The position numbers and the translations under genes are program-made. The notes below the pieces were generated by a model. It saw only the letters and a program-made list of their open reading frames with translations. It was not told where the DNA came from and made no database searches. Below, piece after piece: positions 1 through 13,313 of a DNA stretch of 64,000 nucleotides. The stretch covers positions 66,774,001 through 66,838,000 of the forward strand of contig OZ024742.1 in NCBI GenBank assembly GCA_964016885.1, read 5' to 3'. How positions within the stretch are numbered: the first letter of the stretch is position 1; each line of letters opens with the position of its first letter. This DNA is from Eledone cirrhosa. Lineage: Eukaryota.

Positions 1-371
1 TATCTAGAACTTTTACCAAATTTCCACAAAATTCTTTCATATCTGTCACATGAAAGACTTTAAAAGTTTTAACGCCAATGTAAGATAATTTAAGACTGTA
101 AGAATATCAGCTAAAAATATTTTCAATGAAGTATTGAGTCGATATATATGTTAATCTTTTGAGGAACTCTATAATTATTTTCTCTTTGTCATTGAAATTA
201 CATTATCGTTGGCATGCGTGAAACTCTGAGTATTAACAGAATGTAATATCAGCGATATACAGTGAGTTTAGTAGCACATAGCTATTTATATTCTATATGA
301 ACTAGAACTCAACTAAACAGGACAGAATCGAACTATACGATAGTGAATTAACATAGTAATAATAATAACAC

Positions 372-1135
372 CTATTTTTTTATTGGTCACAGAGTCCTAC
401 ATATGGGGAACAATAGAAAATGAAAGGGACAGTGGGGTTTTACAATAAAACCAAGTAAAGAATACATACAACAAAAACAATTAACAATAAAATTACAACA
501 ATAAAATGTTCCCAATAGTGGGAGAACCCCCCAGGGGCGATTCCAGAACAACCCGATGCTTCAAGGGCTCCCGGGAAGGGCACCGCTCTCCTACTCAAAT
601 CAACTAGCCTACAGGCGCATACTTAGAGTAGGCCCATTTACACGGGCCATTCTCGTTACATTCAGCCACCTTTTAGCAAATGTACCGGGCTGCAGCATTT
701 CTCTCTCCACCCCCACCTTCCTTTCCAAGAGAAATTTGAAAATATTTATGAGAGATTGGCCGAAGTGAAAAGTATCCCTCTTCAGGAATTTCAACCTGGT
801 CCAATACGCAACCACTTTTGCAACGCCCCCATACAGACGAAAACTGTCTGCCCTTCCCAGCCAAAACAAGGCGGCGGGCGATCTTTAATATGGACTTAGT
901 CGAAAGCCGGATCGCTTCCAGAGCCTCTCAGAGTGCATCGTCGCAATTTCCCACCATTAATCTTGTATAGAACTCGAGAGTGGAAGTTTAACTGACCGTA
1001 TTGCCCACCTGGTAGAGGAAAGTGAGCACCTGGTAACATTCCAGATGCCTGGCGCCCAGTCTCGTTTCGTTCATGACACATAATTTGTTAATTAGTTTTT
1101 TGTTTACTCGATGTTTTTTTGGAAACAACCACTCT
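372..1135 (-). mobile_element. 3' fragment of L1/Tx1-like non-LTR retrotransposon (decayed ORF2 C-terminus, 3' UTR, short A tail)
   Basis: Minus-strand ORFs 896-1081 (CHERNET, Cys-motif remnant) and 609-869 (VAKVVAYWTRLK...FKFLLERKVGVER...FAKRW) resemble Tx1/L1 ORF2 C-termini. AATAAA and an A-run lie on the minus strand at ~375-385. Confidence 0.55.
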
Positions 1136-2327
1136 CCCTGTGGCGAATAAAAAAAAAACACTATTATTATTTTTATTATTATTATCAGTATTATCCGAAT
1201 TATTTCGAAAACATTGAAGTACCTACTGAGCCAAGCAATCATTGATATTGTATATGTCTGCCGTGCACTTCGTTTCTTACTGAACAACGCACGGAAACGT
1301 TTGTAAATACATTGAAAAGTGCCTGTTATTTGGACAAAGGAAACAAATCCAGAGGCAATAGTTATGCTTAAATAAAAGGGAGTGATCATTCTAAAGCATT
1401 AAGCCTTCTGATTACAGAAAATCCTTCGCTTGAGGTTGTAATCTGATATACATTATCAAGCGAAACAATACGCAAGATCCCCGTAACATGTAATCGCATT
1501 AATCACAGTGTGACATTAATATGGGAATCAAAGTGTGTAGATCATTTCATTTGCATATTACTAAACGGCTACAAACATTCAGACAACTGGTCGGTAGGAT
1601 CCTGAGGATAATTTGATTATAATTTGATAATACCTAGATAAAGTGTTGAACATTTGGCATATATTACATTTCTATCATCTATTTTACTGGTCTTAAATGT
1701 GGTCGCCATATTATATTAATCTGAGTGCGGAAAAGGAGAACATTTAATGAACATAAACACATTAGATTATCTTTATCTAACAGAAATAATATGGGTTCCT
1801 CAAGAGGGATAAGGCAACAATTTTAGTGAAACTGGTATTAAATATAATAATGTTTTTCTTGCGGTCTTTGAATTAATTATATTAATACCCAATAATGTGT
1901 GCGTTATATATGACATATTGTTTACAATAACTCCATGACATATTCCTTTTTAATTTGTCTCGGTTCTACATCAACTTCCGAACATTTCATCAATTTGTGT
2001 AACATTAATAAACAAAAGTCTATGTAATCCATTTACTTTTCTGCCTGAATTACTTTTAGAGGCATGGGCACATATGGGCATGAACATAGCGACCTCTCTC
2101 ACGCCCACTAATAATAAAAGAGAGTAGAATCATTACAAAAAGAATTGAAAACAGATGTGTTCCAGAATTTGCACTCCATATGCTAAAATGAGACAAGCAT
2201 TTTCGTAGGTCAACTGATGAATGTGAGACGAAACTGGTACCTTGCTGTATGAAGTTCAGTGACTGGTTGCAACTCACGCGAATGTGAAACAACAATAACA
2301 TACATACACACATACATTCAAATACAC

Positions 2328-2356
<29 letters not shown>

Positions 2357-2358
<2 letters not shown>

Positions 2359-2545
2359 GGAAAATGTATGACCCCGACGGCAGAGCTCAAGCCGTTTCGA
2401 CGGGTATTTCAGTCCAGAAATAGCCGTCAAAACGGCTTGAGCTCTGCCGTCGGGGTCATACTTTTTCCTATTTCCCACTCTACTACCCTAAGTATTGAGT
2501 ACTCTGGTGCGTTATGGTCCATTTGGTTCCTTACCACAATTCCTC

Positions 2546-2550
<5 letters not shown>
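2357..2550. mobile_element. (TA)n-embedded hairpin element, family A
   Basis: ~54-bp inverted arms 2357-2410/2417-2470 (TATGACCCCGACGGCAGAGCTCAAGCCGTTT...) plus an 80-bp tail, flanked by (TA)n. Homologs at 9262-9446 and 46262-46447, partials at ~4938-4990 and ~32778-32820. Confidence 0.85.
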
Positions 2551-2594
<44 letters not shown>

Positions 2595-2596
2595 TA

Positions 2597-2676
<80 letters not shown>

Positions 2677-2678
2677 TA

Positions 2679-2714
<36 letters not shown>

Positions 2715-2787
2715 TGAAAGTATAGAAATTATTGTGAGCGTGAAGCAACAGTATATATATATATATGAATATATATGTAGAAGGTGA

Positions 2788-3146
2788 GTAATATTATAGC
2801 ACTCAACAGTTGGTAGAACTGGAGTATATATAATAAAGAAGAAATTAAAATATGGTTAAAAAATATATTTTATTATACGCATTTCGAATACAAACTCATC
2901 CTGGGACGAAAATTGTGTTCTCATCTGGTAACATGATATGAGGCATAATACCACTTGTTTACAGGAAAGTGATATGTAGACTTAGCAATTTCCTGTAAAC
3001 AAGCGCTATTATGCCTCATATCATGTTACCCTATTTTATCTGATGAAAACACTATTGTTGTCCCAGGAGGATTTTGTATTCGAAATGCGCATAATAAAAT
3101 ATATGGAACTCTTTTAACCATCTTTTAATTTCTTCTTTATTATATG
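2788..3146. mobile_element. (TA)n-embedded palindromic Penelope-like terminus
   Basis: Inverted arms ~2826-2970/2986-3145. The unpaired extension contains GCACTCAACA, shared with 3740 and 50763. Each arm has a hammerhead-like core. Confidence 0.75.
3033..3100 (+). ncRNA. degenerate type I hammerhead-ribozyme-like motif
   Basis: CTGATGA at 3040-3046 and GAAA at 3082-3085. The opposite arm reads GAAA-TGCG-TA; flanks ATTTTAT/ATAATAAAAT can pair. Confidence 0.5.
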
Positions 3147-3640
3147 AATATATATATATATATGAACGGAACAAGTAAATATTAAACAATCTTTTAAATA
3201 AATTAAAATACGATTTAAATATTTACCTCTTCTAGTGCCATGACCGATGGTTTCGCTAATCAAAAGAGTGAACATTCAGAGAATTTCCAATGGAAAGATA
3301 TAGCTCTTCAGATAGCTTTTCCAAACCTACTAGATATAAATCCACGTAGATGTGGATGTGTCGCTTTCTGCCCGGTGAATGAATCAAGCCGTTAAAATGA
3401 CCACCATACAAATGGGTCGTTAGAAAGAGCGGGAATAATAGACTAGTTGGTATTTCATGTTAATAGAAATAGCAGCATGATACAACATTTTTTTCTCAAC
3501 ATTAAGTAGAATTCAGATAAATGATATAGATAATCCAGTACGTAGTAAGTACCCACAGAAATATGTATGGTGTCTATAATAGTGGTTGTTCCATGGTACT
3601 AATTTGAGATACCAGAACTATAAATATTTTTAATGTTTAC

Positions 3641-3679
<39 letters not shown>

Positions 3680-3683
<4 letters not shown>

Positions 3684-4138
3684 AAAGTTATATTTAAATT
3701 GTTGGGTTACAACTAGTAAATATTTATAACTGATATAAAAGCACTCAACAAGTATTTGGAGTATATTTACGATATTAAATAAATGGAAACTATATTTATA
3801 AAACCATATTTATTTCATTATATATATTTCAGGGATATCATATTAACAATATGTTATGCCTTCTTCAGACAAAATACAATATAGACAGTTTTATAGATAA
3901 ATAGATTTGACATACCGTTCAACATCGACTTGTATTTGAAAAAGTTGATTTGGCAGATCAACTTTTTCAAATACAAGTCGATGTTGAACGGTATGTCAAA
4001 TCTATTTATCTATAAAACTGTCTATATTGTATTTTGTCTGAAGAAGGCATAACATATTGTTAATATGATATCCCTGAAATATATATAATGAAATAAATAT
4101 GGTTTTATAAATATAGTTTCCATTTATTTAATATCGTA
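3680..4138. mobile_element. (TA)n-embedded palindromic Penelope-like terminus, family B
   Basis: ~180-bp arms 3768-3949/3957-4138 that look identical by eye, 7-nt loop TTGGCAG, unpaired extension 3680-3767. Homologous to 31790-32255 and 61968-62155. Confidence 0.9.
4030..4095 (+). ncRNA. minimal type I hammerhead-ribozyme-like motif (mirrored on the minus strand at ~3811-3876)
   Basis: CTGAAGA (4038-4044), stem II AGGCATAACATATT-gtt-AATATGATATCCCT, GAAA (4076-4079), TATA-TA. Confidence 0.6.
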
Positions 4139-4289
4139 TATATATATATATATATATATATAATTGGTTATGCACGAGTGCATTAATGTTTTCCAGGACA
4201 CAGTGTTATGTACCGTGTAGTGGAATGTCAGCTTACAACAGAGTGGTGCTCAACGAAATGCAGAAAAAAGGTGTATATTCCAGTTTAGC

Positions 4290-4482
4290 ATAATTGTTTC
4301 TACTTTCGGCACAAGGCCAGCAATTACTCAGTAGATTACTGGTACTTTATTTTATCGACCCCGTAAGGATGAAAGGCAAAGTTAACCTCGGCAGGATTTG
4401 AACTCAGAATGGCAAGGGCCGTAACTCTATGCGTCAAAGCATGGCGTCCGACCCTCTACCGATACTGCCAATTCACCGCCCT
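4290..4482 (-). mobile_element. tRNA-derived SINE (family S1)
   Basis: Minus strand has A-box-like TGGCAGTATCGG and B-box-like GTTCAAATCC, body CCTTACGGGGTCGATAAAATAAAGTACCAG and tail GGCCTTGTGCC..AGTAGAAAC. Multiple copies in the window. Confidence 0.8.
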
Positions 4483-4692
4483 TTAGCATAATCTCTGATG
4501 GGATCGATTGTGCATTGGATATCGAATGCTCTACTAAATATATAATATTATAGATGTAGCGAGATCTAGGCAAATAGATGTCTATTGAAACGTACGTAAG
4601 AACCGAATAAATCTCTTTTACTGCAGCTTTCTGTTCTTTTTAATTATATATATATATACACGCCTTCACTATATATATATACATATATATAG

Positions 4693-4900
4693 TGAAGGCG
4701 TGTGGCCGAGTGGTTAGAAAATTGGATTCGCAATCGTAAGGTTGTGAGTTCGATTCCTGGACCAGGCGATGCGTTATATCCTTGAGCAAGGCACTTTATT
4801 TCACGTTGCTCCTTCTACCTGGAGTTGCGACCGGTAGATAGTATTAGCAATTGGAAAGACCAACGGAAACATTGTTCCGTCGGTCCGATTTGACGAAAGT
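4693..4900 (+). mobile_element. tRNA-derived SINE (family S2)
   Basis: TGGCCGAGTGG (A box), GTTCGATTCC (B box), then CCTTGAGCAAGGCACTTTATTTCAC. Related copies at ~19650 and ~52600 (minus). Confidence 0.75.
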
Positions 4901-5624
4901 CGATCGTTCCTTAATATATATATATATATATATATATAGGAAAATGTTAGACACCGACGGCAGAGCTCAAGCCGTTTCCACTGCTATTTCTATATATATA
5001 TATAGTTTACGAAGGTTGGTGTTAGTATATGTATGTTTCTATGTATGTTTGCGGAAGAATTATTTATCATGAACTATATACATCGATACACAAAGATATG
5101 CATGTAATTCTTTCTGACTATCGCTTTGTCCTTCTTCTTTTCTTTCTCTCTTTTTGTCTGTGTCTACATGTCTGTGAATAATATACACTGAATACACTTT
5201 GATGTCTAATATTTCTTTCTTATGATAAAACAAGATTTCATATTCAATGCATAAAACTTCAAATATAAACAGATACCAGAATGAAAATTATGATTCATAT
5301 TTTTCTGGTATGCACCTCCGAAGTTTTAACCCGACACACGGCATTCATATTGGCAAACACACGCACACATATATATATATATATACTGAGCACATTCACT
5401 CTCTTTTACTCACCTAAATGGACACACAAACATACACACACACGCATACGCAATCACATTAATCCCCCCCCCCCTCCAACCCGTATATATGTATATATAT
5501 ATTTACATAATACATATATGCATGTATATATATGTATATATATATATATACAAAAATATGTAAAAATATATAATTGTCACTTATGTATGGCCTAGTAAAT
5601 ATTTATGCCCATACAAAATATATA

Positions 5625-5661
<37 letters not shown>

Positions 5662-6594
5662 GTGTGTGTGTGTCTATGTATATATATAGTGTGTACGTGT
5701 ATGTGTGTGGGGAAGGTATGTGTCCCTGCTTATACACATTCATACACACCTATATGTATATATCAATATGTGTTTGTGTGTCTGTCCATATATTTCATAC
5801 ATAACATATTGATACACTATATTTATTATTGTTTTAAGCAACCAACTTATCTTCATCTTTCTCTCATATACCAGCGATTCTAATGTTTTCATTATTAAAT
5901 GTCAGCTCACTTGGTGGTTGTTGTACAATAACTATATTTCCTTATTGCTGCATTATATTGCATCACTAATTTAAACTCCTCACATTATATATTCAATATT
6001 CTTCGCAATATATTTCTTTCATATTTCCCACAAAGATAATACGCTCTTTTTCTAATATGGAGCATCATTCTCCTTTGATTATTTTATTTGATTATATGAT
6101 TTTGATTATATATATAAACAATGTTATTTTTCTTTTCTGTTTTTTTTTTTGCTTAGTCTCGGTGCATCATCGTTCACGTAGCGTATTAAAGGCACGCTGT
6201 ATGTCAGAGTCTCAATAATTACGATATCTAATATGTCCGTTTTGAAAATACTTTAATGGGGTCCGAAAGAAAGTCAAATACTGTAACTTGCATGTCGAGT
6301 ATAACAATGAAATTTCCTTGGAATATATATGAATGTGTAGCTACACACACACACACACGCACACACACACAAACACACACACACACACACACACTCACAC
6401 ACACACACACACACACACACGCGCACACACGCACACACGCCCACACACATACACACACGCACACACATACCACACTGAAACTCGTGTATATATATATATA
6501 ATATACATATACACTGACTGGATTCGCATGTGTTTTTTTCCGTACCCTCCTTTCCTCACTCTATATTTTTCTATTTTCTATTTTATTTCTAATT

Positions 6595-6670
6595 ATATAT
6601 TTTGAAGAAGGACTAGTGTCCGAAACATTCATAAATTTCACCTGTTCTTTCGAACGTTAAACTAATAAAT
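6595..6670 (+). ncRNA. degenerate hammerhead-like motif in a Penelope-type terminus
   Basis: tTGAAGA-A-GGAC-tagt-GTCC-GAAA-CA-TT at 6602-6630; C3 is replaced by T. Confidence 0.4.
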
Positions 6671-8110
6671 TTTCCAATATACATTATAGGTTGCTATATT
6701 ATTTTTGTTTCCTTTCACACACATGATGACCCCCCCCCCCATTATTGGGGATAGAGAACCACGAGAGTGAAAGATATATTGTCTACGAAAAAGAAGGGGA
6801 ATACAGATCAATTAAAAGAATAAATTAAAATGTAGAAACCATCCAATAATATCTATTACACCTGGACATGCTCTAACTATAGCATGTTTGCCCACACAAA
6901 GTGTAGCTCCAATATTGTAGAGGGCTGTATTAAATCAGAATTATTTGATGTTTGGATTAATCAAATAGTATTTTGGAAGAGAGATTTTATAGTGTTGTAA
7001 GGAGCTTTTCAGTAGCAAGGGCTCATCGTGTTGTATAGATGTAAATCCTTGTATCTGTATAGTGCTCAAATTCTAACTAAATAATACATATCTCTCGGAG
7101 TGTGTCTCTACAATAAAATGTCCAATTGTTGACCTGTATATCTAGAGAAAGTATCATCTAAGAGAAAATGTGCTCTCTATATAAACATAGCTAATTATTA
7201 GGATCCGTACACATGTAAACTCACTGTAGAGAATAGCATACTTTCATGCTAGTGATACCGGCGTGTCCAACCATCCAAGTTCATTACTCGGCCGTGTGAG
7301 CCAATCATAAATATTTGACGAAGTGTGAGTAAGTGGAACGACTATAGCTGCAAGCGATACCTGTGACGAAACGTCCGTCTCTCGCTCCTGACGGAGAGGA
7401 TTGACACTACAACTGCCTTGTATGCAGCAGTTTTTAGCTACATGAATTTTCCTCACCTTGCTTAAGTATCCCTGTTATTTTATCTATTCCTCTTGAAAGA
7501 AGGAAAAGAAAAGTTGAATTCGGTGGCATTTGCACAGAAAGCCCAAAGAATTGGTGAAAATACAAAAAAGAATTATATCCGATGTACTAAATGTTTTGCC
7601 AGTTGAGATCTATAAGAGCTGAAAGGATAAACGCATCATCTATGCATATAGGTTTTCCTTTAATTTCCGCCTAAATATGTATGCATGTATGTATGTATGT
7701 ATGCATGAATGTATGCATGCATGTACGTACTGTAGCATGAATGTACGCAATTGCCTTGAACGTAAATCTATCCAGCTTTAATCAAAGCTATGTATGGTTG
7801 TAGCTACCTACGTATGTATGTATATATGTATGTATATACATGTATGTATGTATTTATGTATGTATGTATGCATGTATGCATACATACATAAATGCATGCA
7901 TACATATATGCATGCATAGATAGGATTTTAAATCGATGGGAGTCGTTAATATTCTTTAATTACTAAAGCACAGTGAGTAGGTTATATGATTCTCATAAAG
8001 AATATTTAACCTACTTGAGTTAGATACCATTGACAACACTGACGCGTATACGTAGTAAATTTCCCATATATATACATTTCCTAACAAGCATCTCTCTCCC
8101 TGTCTCTCCC

Positions 8111-8177
<67 letters not shown>

Positions 8178-9200
8178 GTGTTTTTGTATACATGTGTATG
8201 TACATATATATATATGTGTGTGTATATTGCATGCGCATATATATGTATATTGATGTAATTCTTGAATTCAATGTGAGTGATGGGCCTCCTAAACAACAGT
8301 AACCGGAGCTACACTAGCGATTTATGTCATCGTATATCACCCTAAGTTTCCTCGGATTTCTCATTGTTTTAACTTGCTATTTACTGGAGCATATAGTAAC
8401 CTACATTACTTAGCATGAATCTTTACTTTGCTTCATTTCCATTTGTTTAAGTTTGTTAAGTTTATTATTTCGGAAACGTAAAATCATCTCTTTCTCGGCT
8501 TTAGCATTTTTTAATATAGTGATGACGATTCATTCATTTTAATGAATGTGTTGTTGATATTGTAGTTGTTTTACTATTTACCACAGTTGAATGCTCAATG
8601 TCATAGAATTGTTACATGCACTCTGAAAATGAAGGTAGTAATGTAGGAATTAAACCCTAGCCATGCTTTCATGATGTAGGAAGAACTATATCAAGATATA
8701 AAGTTGCCAACAGAGAATTTTTCGAATACCACTTTTCCCCTCTCGTCAAACCGAATTTCTGACGAGGTATGAACAAATATCTCTATGTAGTATTTATGTA
8801 GGCATGCGGCGATAGGTGTATGATCTGGCTATTGTTTTTGGTAGATTATATAAATGGAATGGAATTATAATGAAATGATACTAATACCTACCAAGAGGAG
8901 GGCTCTCTCATCTTGTCCCGTAGTCTTGTGAAACGTTGGGCTACAACAGATAACCTGGCAACCAGCTTCTTCCTTTCCTATCACCTCTCCACCCTCCTCT
9001 AGGTTGCACCCAGTTTCATGCCTGACCATTCCGGGATGTTATACTCCCATCTCTTTTTATGCTTATCTCCTTGTACTCTTCACTGCAAGACAGTCTTGAC
9101 AAGCCCTGATAATCTTGGCACGTACAATCTCAATTAGCATTGTTTTACAATTGTCACATGAAAGCCACACACAGGCACACACACACGTTGACAGACAGAC

Positions 9201-9261
<61 letters not shown>

Positions 9262-9264
<3 letters not shown>

Positions 9265-9446
9265 CGAAGGACATGTGGTAAGGAACCAGATGGACCATAA
9301 CGCACCAAAGTACTCAATACTCAGGGCAGTAGAGTGGGTAATAGGAACAAGCTGAGCTCAAGCCGTTTCGACGGCTAATTTTAGACCAGAATTAGCCGTC
9401 GAAACGGCTTGAACTCAACCGCCGTCGGGGTCCTACTTGTTCCTAT
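9262..9446. mobile_element. (TA)n-embedded hairpin element, family A
   Basis: Reverse-orientation homolog of 2357-2550 with hairpin GCTCAAGCCGTTTCGACGGCTAATT...AATTAGCCGTCGAAACGGCTTGAACTC. Confidence 0.85.
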
Positions 9447-9461
9447 ATATATATATATATA

Positions 9462-9913
9462 TTTCGTTTCTGAATTTGTTTAGCAAGATTCTTTATCTGA
9501 AATCGTGTGTTGAAACCGATATTGTTATACTTTGGGAGGGTCATGTTGCCAATAAGAAAAACACGCACCAGTTACTTTCACTCCAATTTATTACAAATTA
9601 AATTTATAAATTTAAGAATTTATAAATTTCCGGCTGGTTGGTTGGTTGGTTCCACAACCGGACTAGGACAGAACAAAGGAGAGGCACAAATCAAAGAGAA
9701 GAATCTCCAGAAGAATCACTGAGGAAGTCACATAATGTGTGACGAAAGAACTTTGACAATATATGAACAACCGTCCGGTTGTTGAACCAACCAACCCACC
9801 AACCGGAAATTTATAAATTCTTAAATTTACAATTTAAATTGATAATAAATTGGAGTGAAATCAACTGGTGCGTGTGTTTCTTATTGGCAACATGACCCTC
9901 CAAAAGTATAACA
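9462..9913. mobile_element. (TA)n-embedded inverted-repeat element, family C
   Basis: ~140-bp arms 9523-9662/9774-9913 with a hammerhead motif in the spacer. Homolog at 21158-21638. Confidence 0.85.
9715..9757 (+). ncRNA. minimal type I hammerhead ribozyme motif (extra nucleotide after A9)
   Basis: atca-CTGAGGA-a-GTCACA-taatg-TGTGAC-GAAA-G-aa-C-TT-tgac: perfect 6-bp stem II, 2-bp stem III, CUU triplet. Confidence 0.65.
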
Positions 9914-11604
9914 TTATATATATATATAAACATGTATATATATATGTATATTAGAAACTAGCCATAATATAAGAGAACATATTTAACTTAGAAAATCAAA
10001 TTAAGTAAAGGGTTATACAAAATTACGTATATGTGTATGAGCAAATGTGGGAAATATTGTAGAAGGTAAGTTAAAGCAACAATACATACGGGACTATGGG
10101 ATATCTTTAAACAATAAGATGTACGAATTTTATTACTACAGGAGATATGATGAGGTGATGTGGCAAGAAAAATAGATAATATCATACAAAGTTAAAACGT
10201 AGAATTAATGATATGAACTATGGCGAAATTTAGGTGGGTGACAATATTCATATTATACAAGTCAGGCAATTACAGGAAGAATTCCTTTCAGAGTTTCAAC
10301 TCAAGAATGTTAGTGCATAGTAAATAATTTCAAGTTCACTATTATAGATAAATTGCATAGTTGCATATTTCCAGTGAAAGTTCTTGCTGTACATATGATT
10401 TTTCTAGTTTAAATTATATCCGGGAAATCTCAGATGCAGCTGACAGGTGAAGTTTGATTTCTCTAGATAGGATTCACTCTATAAGATTTAGAATTCATTA
10501 GGCAGTAAGCTTGGGTGTATTGGTTGTATTGACGTTGCATAAGAAAACAATAGCCATATCTCATAATCTATAATATGTAGGTCATATGTTGGTGTTCATG
10601 TAGTTGCAATGGTATCGGAATGAATTTATGCCATATTTCTTGGGTTTGAACAACATGAGAATATTTCTAATTTAATACTTATGTATATTGATACATATAA
10701 TTATATAGAAGTAAGCAAGGACGAGGTCAGTGTTGCACCATAAATTTACTTTATAGCATGACAATTGTTTCGATATATTTCACTTCAATGATAATCGAAA
10801 CCAAACTCTGCATCGATATCTCATCAGATATGCGAGTTTGGATTTGTATTCACAGAACACCAGTTGAACTTCTAGTAAACTCTCAGGTTTGCAATGTTCT
10901 ATATCCTAATACACGTTCGATTCCTGAGAAAAGCGTAACGAAAAGAATGAAATTTCTTTGAGAAGAAGCACATGTGTAACCATTCAGACACACACACTCA
11001 CACAAACACACACACCCATACACATCCCCCCCCACACACACACATACATATACACACACACAAACAAACACACACACACACATATATATATGTATGTTAG
11101 GTAGAAAGAAGTGAATAACATGCATACTGGAGTAATCATATATATATAGCTTAGTTTGACTGTATATCAAGACGCGGCCAACAGGTGGCAATTAAAGTAA
11201 ATAATATGAAACGTAATTGCAGAAGAAACTTGTTGTGAACTACACAAATACACTCCTGTGTGCAATATTTCTCCCTCATTTTTCTTTCCCCCCTCTCTAT
11301 ATGTTCCGATCCCTCACATGCTATGCACATACACACAACTCCGCAATAATTTAGAACATGCATCCTACATTTTGTCTATTATATCCCACCTCATCTTGTT
11401 TATTGTTTCCGTACAAGGATAAGATATGTAAATGCATATGTGTGTTTGTGTATATATCTAAGATTATACACACATAAACACACTCATGCACATATACACA
11501 GGCACTTATATATATATATATGTGTGTGTGTGTATTTATGTATGCATATATACAGAGATATAAGAGAAGGGTAGTTAGTGAGAGAGAGAGGCATATAAAA
11601 CTAT

Positions 11605-11704
<100 letters not shown>

Positions 11705-11711
11705 TTGTGTA

Positions 11712-11779
<68 letters not shown>

Positions 11780-12957
11780 GCAGAAAGTTGCACGCGGATC
11801 GGCGAAACAGCAGTCGGCACTTTGATGAGAAAATAGGTATATTTTTCTGTATTATTTCCTCATATTTTGTAATTTGATATATATATATATATATAGCTAT
11901 ACATATATGTGTGTAATATATCGCAGTATATTTGTAAACGTATACCGATTTTTATTTGTTTTCATTTTATAATATCTGCAAATTTTCAGTAATGATGGCT
12001 TTGCAACATTTCAAGCAGCGCAACGAAACTCGGTTATTAGATCTATATAAATCATAGCTAGAGATGAATGACATATGAAAATGTTTTGTGGAATAGATGA
12101 AATTAAAATAAAATAGGAATTCATTTATGCCAACAAATGAAGCAAATAGGTATGATGTTGAATGTATTAAGAAACGTGGACCGTTTTATTCAGACACAGA
12201 AAATATTACTTTATATCTATATAGATTATATATGTATACATGTATCGATTATGAAATATTCAGAATTGCCTACTACTAGTTAAGTATTAGACAGTATCGG
12301 TATAGTGTTTACAACTGATATAAGCATGTTACTACAATAATTGAATAGATTTTCACTGGCGTTATATGATATAATTGTTGATTTTACTTAGTTATAGAAT
12401 GTAACGGCTAAGCTGTTATTCTTAGCAGTAGAGTTTAGATTGAGGCAATCCTAAAATAACAATAACGTTTCCCAGTAATTATATATACCGGGCAATTGTA
12501 GTAATTTGATAAAGATATGAGGAGATATAACCTTAAATGCAAAGTACCGGATCGAAGATGAGTGATTTAATAAGGAAATATTTTCAAACTGCATTGAATC
12601 GCTAAAATTAAATAGTATATTTTTTATAGACATAAATGTCATTGCAATTTATGAAAAAATATTATGAAGTATCAATGAGGCTTGAGCAATAAATCGACCT
12701 CACACGTCTTTCTCTAAACGAAGAGGATAGCAGAATATTTTTCAGATGTATTTAAACTTTCACAGCAAGTATTAATCTGTAGTTATGCTGCCATTAATTC
12801 ATTATTTAAATATTTCTGAACATTTTAACTTATTTAGATGGATATATTATTTTATATTCAATTTTGGAACATTCTTCTTCGTGGGTTTAATAAAATACCA
12901 GATTTGTGATTTGCGCAGTATTAGCAACAACAACAGCTGCAGCAGCGACATCAGCGG

Positions 12958-13001
12958 TAGTAGTAGTAGTAGTAGTAGTAGTAGAAGTAGTAGTAGTACT
13001 A
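12958..13001. repeat. (TAG)n microsatellite
   Basis: Direct reading; explains the poly-S/V/L/T ORFs here. Confidence 0.95.
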
Positions 13002-13131
13002 GCGATGGTATTCGTGGTGTTGCTGTTGAAGTTGTTGATCGGTTCCGTAAACAATATACATGTATTTTGTTCATATTTTTTGATATTAAGATCGTTTAAA
13101 GATTTCATTAGGTTTGAAGAGGATAACAAAT

Positions 13132-13313
13132 AATTGTTTCTACTTTTGGCACAAGGCCAGCAATTACCCAGTGTATTACTGGTACTTTATTTTATCGACC
13201 CCGTAAGGATGAAAGGCAAAGTTAACCTCGGCGGGATTTGAACTCAGGTTGTAAAGGGACGTAACTACGCTGGAAAGCATGTCTGACCCTCTACCAATAC
13301 TGCCAATTCACCC
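13132..13313 (-). mobile_element. tRNA-derived SINE (S1)
   Basis: Close match to 4290-4482. Confidence 0.8.

Noticed and set aside
4693-4770. tRNA gene
   Set aside because: A and B boxes are present but no clean cloverleaf, and the sequence continues into a SINE body.
8735-8770. CTGACGA within a small hairpin
   Set aside because: No downstream stem II-GAAA; likely chance.
6830-10700. Faint GIY-YIG-like remnants on the minus strand at ~6.9 kb and ~10.3 kb
   Set aside because: Too degenerate to call by eye.
12785-13133. Ser/Thr/Val-rich ORFs on both strands
   Set aside because: Produced by (TAG)n and (CAG/CAA)n repeats.
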